Below, in pieces: positions 38,055 through 48,455 of a stretch of 59,219 nt of DNA; positions within the stretch are counted from its first letter, which is position 1, and each line of letters opens with the position of its first letter. Both the position numbers and the translations under genes were made by a program. This DNA comes from Holophagaceae bacterium (GTDB lineage Bacteria > Acidobacteriota > Holophagae > Holophagales > Holophagaceae). The notes beneath the pieces were generated by a model. That model saw nothing but the letters and a program-made list of their open reading frames with translations, was not told the origin of the DNA and did no database searches. The DNA lies in NCBI GenBank assembly GCA_025358435.1, contig JANYJQ010000052.1:1-59219 (forward strand), written 5' to 3'.

Positions 38055-39457
38055 TCAAGTGGATTCCCCCATTGGCCAGAGTGGCGCCGTGGGATTGAGG
38101 GAATCATGGGACATGTGTCGGCCGCTGCCAGTGGCGTGCCCTAGGGTTAGTGGCAAGGGGTCGGGCCAGCTCTGCGCCAGTTCCTCTGTGCGCGCCAGCA
38201 CCTTCCGCTCCAACTCCAGGTTCTTCTCTTCAGTGAGGCGTTGGAGTTTGATGATCTGCTGCCTTTCCTGCTGCTCCTTCTCCAGCGTCAGGATCCGGAA
38301 TCGCCGCCCAAAGCAAGCGAGAAGAGCACCACCTGCAGGGCGATGCCAATCTGCAGGCTGAAATCCGGGAGCATGCCCAGATCCACTTTCATGAGGTTTG
38401 GCGCAAGGGTGATGAGATAGAAGGCGATGAAGACCAGGTTGGCCTGCAGGTAGTGGCGGGCTGGAACGAACCCGCTCCGCCACGCCTTGACCGCGAACAC
38501 CAGCACCAGGATGGCCGCAACGAAAAAAAGCAGTAGTTCGGCCATTCTCAGCCAGGAACTGGCGGGAGCCAGGAGGCGGCCAGCCAGGATCAGGGCGATG
38601 GGCGCCCGGTACCACCTCCAGAACCGGTCCCAGGACGGGAAACGCTTCCGGGTCAGAAGGAATTGGCGGATGAATTGGATGAACAGCAGGACAGAACCTG
38701 CGCCAGCTAAGGTGATGATCGAGATCAGCGACCTGAGGGTGTGGGCCAGATAAAAGACCATCGGCGACAAGGTCAACAAATAGGCGCCCAGGCAACCCAG
38801 GAAGGCGGAGTAGGTCAGGTAGCTCCTATCCCGGAGAGATGCAAACAGCAGCAGGTTGTACAGGGCCATGACCAGCAGCAACGCCAGGGTCCCAGCCAGC
38901 ACGAGTGCATCCTGGAATAACCTGGCGCGGAGGTAGGAGAGCCGGAAGACCTGCGCATCCAGATGCCCCATGGGGGAATTAGCCTGGAGGTAGAAGGCCT
39001 GCGTCCGGCCGGACGGCAGATCCAGGCTGACGATATTGGGAAGCGTGTCCAGAGCGCGCTGTGAAGCAGGAACAGTCATGCCGTTACTGGCCATGCGCAG
39101 TTCCCCGGAGGCATCGCGGCTGTATAGTGTGAACTTCGGACTCACGGCGAACTGGAGGCCCCAATCTGTGAAGGCCGTCGAGTTGCGCAGAACGATCCGG
39201 AATCAGTGGATCTTGACGCCCGGATCCAGCTTTGTGATCGGCTGGAATTGGGCGTCAAGGGTTCCCGAAAGCACTTGCGCCGGATCCAATACGCCGTGGG
39301 GATCGGGTAGCACCCGCAGGGACTGGTTGATGTTCTGCGTGCCCTCCAGGTCTTGGATGACCGTGGGCTGATCGGGCGCTTTGGCTTCCTGTCCCGCCAG
39401 CGGAAGCAGGCAGGCCAGGCTAAGCAAACAGGTTGATGCGAGATGTCTGGGATTCAA
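38055..39457 (-). pseudogene. Decayed 7TMR-DISM sensor (DISMED2 plus 7TM) with an in-frame TGA, a 1-nt frameshift, and no output domain
   Basis: Signal peptide plus DISMED2 start in 39457-39206. TGA at 39205-39203 falls exactly where the family has Trp (GVKIH-stop-FRIVLRN). The 7TM region continues in the same frame to about 38310. The helical linker (RRFRILTLEKEQQERQ ... LERKVLARTEELAQ) is in another frame. The ORF then ends without a kinase or GGDEF domain. Confidence 0.8.
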
Positions 39458-39573
39458 GGGTCCAGGATCCTACGGATTCAAACCCGGCTCAAGGATTTCC
39501 GGGCTCTCACGTCGGTCAATCCGCTCACGACTGCTGAAGCACACCTATCCTCAGGTTCAAATGCCGCACTGGC

Positions 39574-41589
39574 CTACCACACACTCTTGGCCGCGGCGTC
39601 TGGAAGCTTGCCACCATCCTTGCAATCGAAGGCTTCATGGAACTCGGGCAGATCCGTGACGGGGCCGAGCACTCGGAACCGGATGGGGCAATGCACATCG
39701 GAGGTGACCTGCAGGCGCAGGCTTTCAGTGCGGACATTGGTGCGCCAACCCTGGGCGAAGGCCACGAAAAAGCGCTGGTCTGGCGTTAGGCCGTCGACGG
39801 ATTTAAGCGTCTTGTTTTTCGACGCGAGCTTGTAGGCGATGTAAGAAATTTTCAGGCCGCCCACATCAGCGATGTTTTCCCCCAGGCTCTGGGCACCGTT
39901 GACATGCAGCCCGGGCAGCGGTTCGTATCCGTCGTACTGCTTCACCACCAGGTCCGCGCGTTCCTTGAAGGCGGAAACATCGCTGGAGGCCCACCAATCC
40001 TTCAGGTTGCCCTTCTCATCGTACTGGCGGCCCTGATCATCGAAGCCGTGCGTCAGTTCGTGGCCAATGGTGGAAGCCAAGGCGCCGTAGTTCACGGCAT
40101 CGTCGGCCTTCTCGTCAAAGAACGGTGGCTGCAGGATGCCCGCGGGAAAGGCCATTTCGTTGAGGCTCGGATTGTAGTAGGCGTTATTGGTCTGGGGTGT
40201 CATGCCCCATTCCGCCCGGTCCACGGGCTTGCCGAGCTTGGCCATGCGGCGCTGGAATTCAAAGGCTCGTGCGGCCAATACGTTCAGCACATAGGGCTGG
40301 CGCTGGATTTCTAGCTTCGAGTAATCGCGCCAGGTATCGGGGTAGCCCACCTTGGCGCCCATGGTGTCGAGTTTCTTATAGGCGGCTTTTTTGGTTTCCT
40401 CGCTCATCCACGGGGAGTTCTGGATGCTCAACCGCATGGCCTCCTTGTGGAACTTCACCATCTCCAGCGCCCGCGCTTTGGCCGCCGGGGAGAAAGCATG
40501 CTTCACATAGAGCTGGCCAAGATCTTCGCCAATGGCGGTGTCTGTGGCCTGCAGGACGCGCTTCCACCGGGGCAGCATCTCTTTGCGGCCGGAGAGTGTC
40601 GCGCCATAAAAGGCGAAGTTCTGTTCTTCAATGGCATGGTTCAATTCCGAGGCCGTTGCGTTCAACAGGTTCCAACGAAAATAGGCCTTCCAGTCCTCGA
40701 GTGAAACCTTCAGCGTGAGCTTGGCGAAGGCTTTCAGGAATTCTGGCTGGCCCACCAGGAGTTCCGTCTGGGCGCCCGGCAGCGCGATGCCATTGAAGTA
40801 TTCGGGCCAGTTGAATCCCATGGCGAGACTGGCTATTTCCGCGCGCTTCAGCTTGTGGTAGTTGGCGACGGGATCGCGCAGGTCCACTAACCGCTTGGAA
40901 GCCTCGGCGAGTCTTGTCTCCAAGGCCATGACCTTCCCGGCAGCGATCTTGGCGGAAACCGGCTGTTCCCCGGCCAACTCGAAAATCCGGGCGATATGGA
41001 CCACATATTTTTCCCGGAGAAGCTTGGAGGCATCGTCGGTCCGGAAGTAGTACTCGCGCTCCGGCAATCCCAGGCCGCCCTGGTAGAGCCGAGCGATTTC
41101 CGTGGTGCTGTCTTTGTCGTCGGCCGCCACGAAAAACGCGAAGCCGCCGCCCACACCGTGGCTGTGCATCCAAGCCAGCAACGATGCGATGCCGGCTGGC
41201 TTTTTCACTCCATTGATGCGGCTGATCGCCTCCGACAATGGCGTGGTCCCCGCTTTTTCGATGGTGGGCTCATCCATGCCGGAGGCGTAAAAATCACCAA
41301 TGCGCTGGATGACGGATCCCTTCGGTGACCTTGTTTCCTTCGCCGAGCTTTCAAGGATGTCGCGGAGAATGGCCCAATTGCGGTCATCGATTTCCTGGTT
41401 CACGCCATAGGCTGCGTAGGCACCGGGAATCGCCACCTTGTCGTAGCTCCCGTTGGCGAATGCGTAGAAGTCCGCGCACGGAGCCGCTGCCCTGTTCATG
41501 TAAGCGGGGTCGACGCCAAGCACAGGTCTGGGAGATTCTGCTGCGAGAACCATAGCTGCGGTGGAAAACAAGAGGATGCGAAAGTTCAT
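39574..41589 (-). CDS. M13-family zinc metallopeptidase (PepO / endothelin-converting-enzyme-like), secreted
   Basis: Signal peptide MNFRILLFSTAAMVLAA. NAYYNPSLNEMAFPAGILQPPFF, GHELTHGFDDQG and ENIADVGG motifs. Confidence 0.9.
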   Translation of the reverse strand: MNFRILLFSTAAMVLAAESPRPVLGVDPAYMNRAAAPCADFYAFANGSYDKVAIPGAYAAYGVNQEIDDRNWAILRDILESSAKETRSPKGSVIQRIGDFYASGMDEPTIEKAGTTPLSEAISRINGVKKPAGIASLLAWMHSHGVGGGFAFFVAADDKDSTTEIARLYQGGLGLPEREYYFRTDDASKLLREKYVVHIARIFELAGEQPVSAKIAAGKVMALETRLAEASKRLVDLRDPVANYHKLKRAEIASLAMGFNWPEYFNGIALPGAQTELLVGQPEFLKAFAKLTLKVSLEDWKAYFRWNLLNATASELNHAIEEQNFAFYGATLSGRKEMLPRWKRVLQATDTAIGEDLGQLYVKHAFSPAAKARALEMVKFHKEAMRLSIQNSPWMSEETKKAAYKKLDTMGAKVGYPDTWRDYSKLEIQRQPYVLNVLAARAFEFQRRMAKLGKPVDRAEWGMTPQTNNAYYNPSLNEMAFPAGILQPPFFDEKADDAVNYGALASTIGHELTHGFDDQGRQYDEKGNLKDWWASSDVSAFKERADLVVKQYDGYEPLPGLHVNGAQSLGENIADVGGLKISYIAYKLASKNKTLKSVDGLTPDQRFFVAFAQGWRTNVRTESLRLQVTSDVHCPIRFRVLGPVTDLPEFHEAFDCKDGGKLPDAAAKSVW

Positions 41590-41704
41590 GGAAGTCTCGA
41601 AAAAGTGGCGGTGGGCTGTAGGCGGTGGGCAGTTGGCTGTTATCCGAATGCTGCTTTTCCCACAGTCTACAGCCCAGCGCCCACAGCCCATCCAAGACAC
41701 GGTT

Positions 41705-43753
41705 CTACCAGATGCTCGGACGAACATCCTCCGCCCGCTTCATGGCATCGCCATCGTTGCAGCCGAAGGCTGTGAAGAATTCCGGGAGGTTGGAGAGCGG
41801 TCCGATGGTGCGGAACTGTCCAGGGCTGTGGGGATCGGTGTTGAGCCTCACCCGCTGGGCTTCAGGGCGGATGACGTTGCGCCAGATGATGGCGAAATTC
41901 AGAAAGAACCGTTGGGGCCCGGTGTATCCATCAATAGGTTCGGCTGTCATGCTGCCCAGGCTTTTCTGCCAGGCCGCGTACGCAATCTTAAGACCGCCCA
42001 GATCGGCGATATTCTCGCCCAGGGTGAGCTTCCCGTTCACGTTCTGATCCGGCATGGATTTGAAGGCGTCGAACTCTTTCACTACCAGATCCGTTCGGCG
42101 CTCGTAGGCCTTTTTATCCGCATCGGTCCACCAGTTTTTCAGATTGCCATCAGCGTCGAACTGGCTGCCGGAATCGTCGAAACCGTGGGTCATCTCGTGG
42201 CCGATGACCGCGCCGATGCCGCCGTAGTTCACAGCATCATCAGCGTTCGCATCAAAGAAAGGCGGCTGCAGAATGCCCGCCGGGAACACGATCTCGTTCA
42301 TGGTGGGACTGTAGTAGGCGTTCACCGTGGAGGGCGTCATACCCCATTCCGTGCGGTCGATGGGCTGGCCCAGCCTCTCGATGTTGTGCCTGGTTTCATA
42401 GGCCCGCGCCCGCATGATGTTGCCGTAGAAATCCCCCCGCTTGACCTCGATCTTGGAAGCATCCTTCCATTTGTCGGGATAGCCGACCTTCACTCCGAAG
42501 GCTGCGAGCTTTTTCAGAGCCTGTTGCTTGGTATCCTCGCCCATCCAAGGCAGCGCAATGATTTTTTCCTTGAGCGCAGCGCGGAGATTTTCGATGAGCA
42601 CCACCATCTTCTGTTTGGATTCGGGACTGAAGGCCTTTTTCACATAGAGCTGGCCCGCGGCTTCGCCTAGCGCCGAAGGTGTATCGAGCACGGCCTGGAC
42701 GCGCTTCCAGCGGTCCTGTTGCTGGGGAATCCCGTTCAATGTGCGGCTGTTGAAATCAAAAGCTTCATCCACGAAGGCTCTGGAAAGATAAGGTGCCGCG
42801 GAACTGATGGCATGCCAGCGCAGGTATGACCTCCACTCCGCCAGCGTGAGCTGGTCCGCCAGGGCGCCGAATTCCTTGAAGAAGCCAGGCTGGCGCACAT
42901 TCACGGCCTCAAGCTTGAGGATGCCCCTGTCCTTCAGATAGGCACTCCAATCAAACTGCGGGGCTAATTGAACCAGCTCGGACATGGCCATTTTGTGATA
43001 GGTCTTCTGGGGATCGCGCTGTTCCACTCGGGTCATGGAAGCCTTGGCCAGCCGCGTTTCCACCAGCATCACCGCGTCAGCGTGGGCGCCCGCATCCAGG
43101 GGATCCTCACCCGCCAGGACCATCATCCGGGCCACGTGGGCAAGGTACTTGGTCCGCAGTTCCTTGGATTTCGCATCGTCCTTGGTGTAGTAATCGCGGT
43201 CCGGCAACCCCAGGCCGCCTTGATTCAGCTGCACGATGTACTGGGTGCTGTTCTTCGCATCCTGGGCAACTCCAAGTCCGAATCCACCGCCCCCTGCCCG
43301 CGCCCCGTGAAAGGCCGCCAATACCTTCGCCAGATCCTTGGGACCCCGCATGGCCTCGATGCGATCCAGCCAGGGTTTCAAGGGCGCTGCCCCAAGTTTC
43401 TCGATGGCCCCCGCATCCATGCCCGAAGCGTAGAAGTCGCCTACTTTTTGCTCGATGGAACCCTTCTTCCAATCTGTGCGCTTGGAAGTCTCCTCCAGGA
43501 TGGCGTGCAGCGTGTCGCGGTTGCGGTCCGCCAGTTCCTCGAAACTGCCGAAGCGCGCCTTGTCGGCGGGAATGGTGGAACGCTTGAGCCAGCCACCATT
43601 CGCGTACTGATAAAAGTCATCGCAAGGCTTCACGGAAGTATCCAGGTTCGCTGGATCAATGGCCTTTGGGGCGGTCTTTGGCGCTGGACTTTGGGCCACC
43701 AGCGTAGTGGCGAGAAGTCCGATGGATAGAAGCGCAGGAGAAAGATGGGACAT
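41705..43753 (-). CDS. M13-family zinc metallopeptidase, tandem paralogue
   Basis: Signal peptide MSHLSPALLSIGLLATTLVA. NAYYSPTMNEIVFPAGILQPPFF, GHEMTHGFDDSG and ENIADLGG motifs. Confidence 0.9.
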   Translation of the reverse strand: MSHLSPALLSIGLLATTLVAQSPAPKTAPKAIDPANLDTSVKPCDDFYQYANGGWLKRSTIPADKARFGSFEELADRNRDTLHAILEETSKRTDWKKGSIEQKVGDFYASGMDAGAIEKLGAAPLKPWLDRIEAMRGPKDLAKVLAAFHGARAGGGGFGLGVAQDAKNSTQYIVQLNQGGLGLPDRDYYTKDDAKSKELRTKYLAHVARMMVLAGEDPLDAGAHADAVMLVETRLAKASMTRVEQRDPQKTYHKMAMSELVQLAPQFDWSAYLKDRGILKLEAVNVRQPGFFKEFGALADQLTLAEWRSYLRWHAISSAAPYLSRAFVDEAFDFNSRTLNGIPQQQDRWKRVQAVLDTPSALGEAAGQLYVKKAFSPESKQKMVVLIENLRAALKEKIIALPWMGEDTKQQALKKLAAFGVKVGYPDKWKDASKIEVKRGDFYGNIMRARAYETRHNIERLGQPIDRTEWGMTPSTVNAYYSPTMNEIVFPAGILQPPFFDANADDAVNYGGIGAVIGHEMTHGFDDSGSQFDADGNLKNWWTDADKKAYERRTDLVVKEFDAFKSMPDQNVNGKLTLGENIADLGGLKIAYAAWQKSLGSMTAEPIDGYTGPQRFFLNFAIIWRNVIRPEAQRVRLNTDPHSPGQFRTIGPLSNLPEFFTAFGCNDGDAMKRAEDVRPSIW

Positions 43754-43809
43754 AGAAACCTCGTAAGATGAGGGTAAAAGCGTAGCATTCAATCCAGATG
43801 TCGCCGACC

Positions 43810-46800
43810 CTAAATCCCTGCCCACTCGCGCAGGACTTCTTGAGCCTGCCTGATAGGGCCCCATCCTCCAAGTGTGAGGGGCAGGAGCACGGTGCCATCG
43901 GGATTGAACTGGACATCTTTTCTGGCTCGGACCCAGGCCATGAGCTTGGCGGGATCCAGCGGAGTCAGTGGACTGAGGCGAAGCTTGAGACGGTTTCCGG
44001 CAAGGCTTACCTCCCCCACTGCCAGGGACTGAGCCAGCACCCGGATTTTCAACAATTCAAAGAACCGGGCGCTTTCTTCGTCGTCTTGCGGAATCTGGCC
44101 GAAGCGATCTTCAAGATCCAAGCGGTAGAGGTCCAGGTCACGCTCGCTCCGGAGCCGTGAAGCGCGCTTGTAGGCTACGAGCCGCTCGCTTGCTGCATCC
44201 ATCCAGCGGCGGCCCAGTTGTCCAGCAGCGCCCAAGGTGATGCGGACTTCGAAGGTCCCGGACGGCTGGCCCTGCAACTCCTGGAGGGTTTCCTCCAGCA
44301 GCTTGATGTAGAGTTCGAAACCGATATCGTGGATCTGGCCAGACTGTTCGCCGCCCAAGAGGTTGCCAGCGCCCCGCAGTTCCAAATCGAGGGCCGCCAC
44401 GCGAAAGCCGCTGCCCAATTCCGAAAAATCCTCCAGCGCCTGCAATCGTTTCCTGGCGTCCTCGCTGATCTCGCGGCGGCCTTCCCGGAGGGGGCCGCTC
44501 GACGCGACCGAGCCGGTCCAATCGGCCTGTCCTGGAATCAAAAGATACGCGTAGGCCGGCACGTCGCTGCGGCCCACACGGCCGCGCAACTGGTAGAGCT
44601 GCGAAAGCCCGAAGGTATCGGCACGGTGGACAATCAAGGTGTTGGCGTTGGGCACGTCCAGCCCATTTTCGACGATGGTCGTGGCGACGAGGACATCGAT
44701 GCGGCCCTCCATGAAAGCCAGCATCACTTGCTCCAGGCCATCATCCGTGAGCTGTCCATGGCCCACGCCGACACGAGCGTCTGGAACCAGCTCGCGGATG
44801 CGCTGGGCAACGGTCACGATGCTATCCACGCGGTTGTGCACCACGTAGACCTGCCCGCCGCGCCGCAACTCGAACTGGATGGCGGTGGCGATGAGCTCAT
44901 CGCTCCAGGGCGCCACCACCGTCTCGATGGCCAGACGGTTTTTCGGCGGCGTCTCGATCAGGGAGATTTCGCGAAGCCCCGTCAGGCTCATGTGCAGGGT
45001 GCGCGGAATGGGCGTGGCGCTCAGCGCCAGAACGTCCACATTGGCGCGGAGATGCTTGAGTTTCTCCTTGTGGGACACGCCGAAGCGCTGCTCCTCATCG
45101 ATGACCACCAGCCCCAGATCCGCGAAGGTGTTGCGCGCGCCCAGCAATTGATGGGTGCCGATGATGATTTCGACTTTCCCATCCGCCACATCCTGCTGGA
45201 TCTGCTTGGCTTCGGCCTTGTCCACGAAGCGGTTGAGCATCTCGATGCGCACGGGAAATCCGGCGAACCGTTCCTTGAAGGTCCTGAAGTGTTGGAAGCA
45301 GAGAATCGTCGTCGGGCAGAGCACTGCCACCTGTTTGCCATCCAGCGCCACCTTGGCCGCAGCCCGCATGGCGACTTCGGTTTTGCCAAAGCCCACATCA
45401 CCGACCACTAGCCGATCCATGGGCTTGTGGCTTTCCAGGTCGGCCTTGATGGCCTCGCCCGCTTCGATCTGGTCCTTGGTGGGCTCGTAGGGAAAGCTGG
45501 CTTCGAATTCCGCCATCTCGGGGCCATCCGGTGGATAGGCGTGTCCTTTTTCCAGCTTGCGCTTCGCGTAGAGTTTCAACAATTCTTCGGCCATGTCGCG
45601 GATGGCCTTTTTGGCGCGGCGCTTGATCTTGGCCCAGGAGGCGCCGCCCAGCTTGTCCAGCGGTGGCAGCGAACCATCCGGCGAAACGAAGCGCTGGATC
45701 AGGTCCGCGCGTTCGAGGCTGACCTGGAGCTGGCCGCCATCGGAATAGCGCAGCTGCACGACTTCATGCAGCTCGCCACCGACGTTCAGTTCCTGGAATC
45801 CGACGAATTCGCCGATGCCATGATCCAGATGCACCACGCGATCGCCGGGCTTCAGGTCCCGGAGATCCGACATGAAAGAGCTGGACACACTGCGTTTCGG
45901 CGGCGCGGCCATGGCCTTGCGGCCGAAGATCTCCCGCTCTGTAAGGACCAGGAGCCGTGCGTCCTTGATGTACATTCCGGAACTGAGGGCCAGGTATGCC
46001 GTGCGGCAGCCGCTCTCGCTGCCGCTGCCCAGTGGCAGTTCGTAATCCGACAGGATTTCGCCCAGGCGGTCCCGCATTCCGAGCGTGGAGCCGGCCAGGA
46101 ATATGCGATGTTCCATGAGAGCGAGATCCTGCAGATAGGTGGCCAATTCCGACAGGCGGCCCTGGAATTCCCGTGCCTTTTGCGCCGTAAACGGCACGGT
46201 GGCTTCGGTCTGCCATTCTGTGAGCTGGATGGTGGCCCGGCTCGGATCATTGGGCAGGAACCGGTCACCGAAATCCGGGCATACCACGCCGCCGCGGCGA
46301 AGCGTCTCCAGGCTCTGCTCCACCCGCTCCTGTTCCCGCGCGCGGAGGGCGTCACTCCACTCGGATTCAAGCTTCACGCGCAGGCAGGGCGCCACCCAAT
46401 GGGCCAGTTGACCCGAAGCCTGATCCAGCAGCGGATAGAAAAGTTCTTCGCCGGGAAAGTGGCCATGGGTCGCCAGCCGTGAGCAACGGAATGCGAGATC
46501 ATCCTCCGCATCTTGGGTGCTGCTTGCCCGCGATTGCACCGCTTTCACCAGAGGAGTCCCGTCGCCGCGGGCCGCCTCATAGCGCGGGTAGATCGACAGC
46601 TTTTCCAATTCTTCACCCGTGCGGCGCTGGGTGTCGGGGTCAAAGGGCGCAAGCTTTTCCAATTCATCGCCGAAGGTTTCCAGGCGCAAGGGCTGGTCGA
46701 GATGGTCTGGCCACAGATCGATGACCAGGCCACGGGCGCTGAATTCACCTGGGCTCGAGGCCAGCTCCGTGCGGCGGTAGCCGAGCGCCACCAATGTCTC

Positions 46801-47265
46801 CAACAACAATTCCCGCGGCACTTCAGTGCCTTTCTGCAATTCCAATTTCTGCTTCTGGAACCAGGTCGGATGGGGTAGTTTTTCATTGGCAGCCAGGGGC
46901 CCCGTGACGAGCACCGTGACGCGCCGCTCCAGCAAGCCGATGAGCGTGGCCAGGCGATCCCGCAACACCATGCCGGGTGGCGAGGATTCACCCCCCACGT
47001 AGGGCGCCATTCCGGGAAATTGCGCCACACCCACGCCCGGCAGCAGTACCCGCAGATCCTGCGCCAGGCTCTGGGCCTCGGCCTCCGAAGGCGCGTCGAC
47101 CCAAAGCGGCTGGACTCTTCCTTCCCGCGTTATCCACCGCGCCAGCAGCAGGGCCAGGGCCGAAGGTTCCGCCCAACGTAATTTCGCATCCGGCATCAGA
47201 CCCGAGCTGGGCCCATCCAAAAGTCGCAGCAATTCATCGAGCCTGGCCCGGTCGCGGGATTCCAT
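43810..47265 (-). CDS. mfd: Transcription-repair coupling factor Mfd
   Basis: 1151 aa. CarD-like segment (GDRVVHLDHGIGEF). Superfamily 2 helicase motifs (GDVGFGKTEVA, DEEQRFGV). TRG and C-terminal domains. Confidence 0.95.
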   Translation of the reverse strand: MESRDRARLDELLRLLDGPSSGLMPDAKLRWAEPSALALLLARWITREGRVQPLWVDAPSEAEAQSLAQDLRVLLPGVGVAQFPGMAPYVGGESSPPGMVLRDRLATLIGLLERRVTVLVTGPLAANEKLPHPTWFQKQKLELQKGTEVPRELLLETLVALGYRRTELASSPGEFSARGLVIDLWPDHLDQPLRLETFGDELEKLAPFDPDTQRRTGEELEKLSIYPRYEAARGDGTPLVKAVQSRASSTQDAEDDLAFRCSRLATHGHFPGEELFYPLLDQASGQLAHWVAPCLRVKLESEWSDALRAREQERVEQSLETLRRGGVVCPDFGDRFLPNDPSRATIQLTEWQTEATVPFTAQKAREFQGRLSELATYLQDLALMEHRIFLAGSTLGMRDRLGEILSDYELPLGSGSESGCRTAYLALSSGMYIKDARLLVLTEREIFGRKAMAAPPKRSVSSSFMSDLRDLKPGDRVVHLDHGIGEFVGFQELNVGGELHEVVQLRYSDGGQLQVSLERADLIQRFVSPDGSLPPLDKLGGASWAKIKRRAKKAIRDMAEELLKLYAKRKLEKGHAYPPDGPEMAEFEASFPYEPTKDQIEAGEAIKADLESHKPMDRLVVGDVGFGKTEVAMRAAAKVALDGKQVAVLCPTTILCFQHFRTFKERFAGFPVRIEMLNRFVDKAEAKQIQQDVADGKVEIIIGTHQLLGARNTFADLGLVVIDEEQRFGVSHKEKLKHLRANVDVLALSATPIPRTLHMSLTGLREISLIETPPKNRLAIETVVAPWSDELIATAIQFELRRGGQVYVVHNRVDSIVTVAQRIRELVPDARVGVGHGQLTDDGLEQVMLAFMEGRIDVLVATTIVENGLDVPNANTLIVHRADTFGLSQLYQLRGRVGRSDVPAYAYLLIPGQADWTGSVASSGPLREGRREISEDARKRLQALEDFSELGSGFRVAALDLELRGAGNLLGGEQSGQIHDIGFELYIKLLEETLQELQGQPSGTFEVRITLGAAGQLGRRWMDAASERLVAYKRASRLRSERDLDLYRLDLEDRFGQIPQDDEESARFFELLKIRVLAQSLAVGEVSLAGNRLKLRLSPLTPLDPAKLMAWVRARKDVQFNPDGTVLLPLTLGGWGPIRQAQEVLREWAGI

Positions 47266-47598
47266 AGCCCTCCAGTGTGGCGCAGGCTGGGCCTATTCAT
47301 TCACAGGAAAACTGGAGCGCGGGTGCCATTCCTATTGAAATACCATCCGGGCCTAGGCGTGAGGCGTTATTTATTGTCGAAAACACTTCATCGGGTAGTG
47401 GCGTACGTATTACAGGTCCGCCATGATCTGGGTTGGGTACCTTGCCATTCGAGTTTGGAATCCCGGTTGAAAGCGCATCACACTGGCGACATAGGTGTCC
47501 CCATGGCTACCGGACACTGGGTGCTCCCCCTACGGGAGAACCTGAAGTCCTGGCCGGTCTACCAGACTTTCCTTCCACCTCTCCAATGAATTCAGCGG

Positions 47599-48417
47599 AT
47601 GCGCATGCCTGAGATCTCATTCATCACCACTTGCATGGGACGGCTCGAGCACTTGCAACAGAGCCTCCCCACCTGGCTCGTTCAACCCGACTGCGAGGTC
47701 GTGGTGGTGGACTACTCATGCCCGCAACGGAGTGGGGATTGGGTGGAGAACACCCACCCCGGCGTGAAGGTTGTCCGGGTGGAAGGCCAGCCGTACTTCA
47801 ACGTTTCCAAGGCCCGGAATGCCGGGGCCAGGGTCGCCTCTGGGCGCTGGTTCTGCATGGTGGACGCCGACGTATTACTGGCGCCGGGTTTCGCTACTGA
47901 AGCGAAACTGCTGCTGGACGCTGGCTGCTTCCTCCGCGTGGAACAAGGAGCGCCCAATGATCTGATGGGCATGGTCATGATTTCCCGCGGCGCATTCAAT
48001 GCCGTCGGCGGCTATGACGAAGTAATGGAGGGATGGGGTGCCGAAGACCTCGACATGTACCTCCGCCTGCATCACATAGGCCAGCGCCAAACGGCGTTAC
48101 CGGCCCGCCTTCTCACCGCCATTCCACATGGAGACGCGCTTCGCACCCAGAATGCCGCCATCCGGGATCGCGTGCTGGGGTGGAACGTGAACCGGCTCTA
48201 CATCGAAGGAAAGATGAGCCTGTGGAGGATGCTGGGTGTGCCCCCCACCTTTGAAGAGAGGCGGTCCTTGTACGCTCTGATCCGGCGCGCAGTGATGGAA
48301 AATTCCGACGCGAAGGAGGTCCGGGTGGAGCTTTCCTTGGGCCCAAATCCGCGCGTCACCCGCGCGGACGTGGATTTCAGCGTGGTGCTGGTCCTGAGAA
48401 ACCCAGCGAATGGGTGA
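47599..48417 (+). CDS. GT-A fold glycosyltransferase (family 2 / galactosyltransferase-like)
   Basis: ISFITTCMGR, KARNAGA, DxD (VDADV) and GGYDEVMEGWGAEDLDMYLRL. Confidence 0.7.
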   Translation: MRMPEISFITTCMGRLEHLQQSLPTWLVQPDCEVVVVDYSCPQRSGDWVENTHPGVKVVRVEGQPYFNVSKARNAGARVASGRWFCMVDADVLLAPGFATEAKLLLDAGCFLRVEQGAPNDLMGMVMISRGAFNAVGGYDEVMEGWGAEDLDMYLRLHHIGQRQTALPARLLTAIPHGDALRTQNAAIRDRVLGWNVNRLYIEGKMSLWRMLGVPPTFEERRSLYALIRRAVMENSDAKEVRVELSLGPNPRVTRADVDFSVVLVLRNPANG

Positions 48418-48455
48418 TCCGCCAGTTGGATGGCGCGTCGCAATAGGTTCTTGCC

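Noticed and set aside
39203-39205. The in-frame TGA in the 7TMR-DISM gene read as selenocysteine or programmed read-through.
   Set aside because: The position corresponds to a conserved Trp, not Cys, so a TGG to TGA mutation fits better. I saw no SECIS-like hairpin immediately downstream. The same gene also has a frameshift and lacks its output domain, so pseudogenisation is the simpler reading.
47275-47589. 104-codon ORF in the mfd/glycosyltransferase spacer considered as a real gene.
   Set aside because: It has no ribosome-binding site or recognisable motif, and its composition is atypical compared with neighbouring genes. The region is kept only as a flag for transcript mapping.
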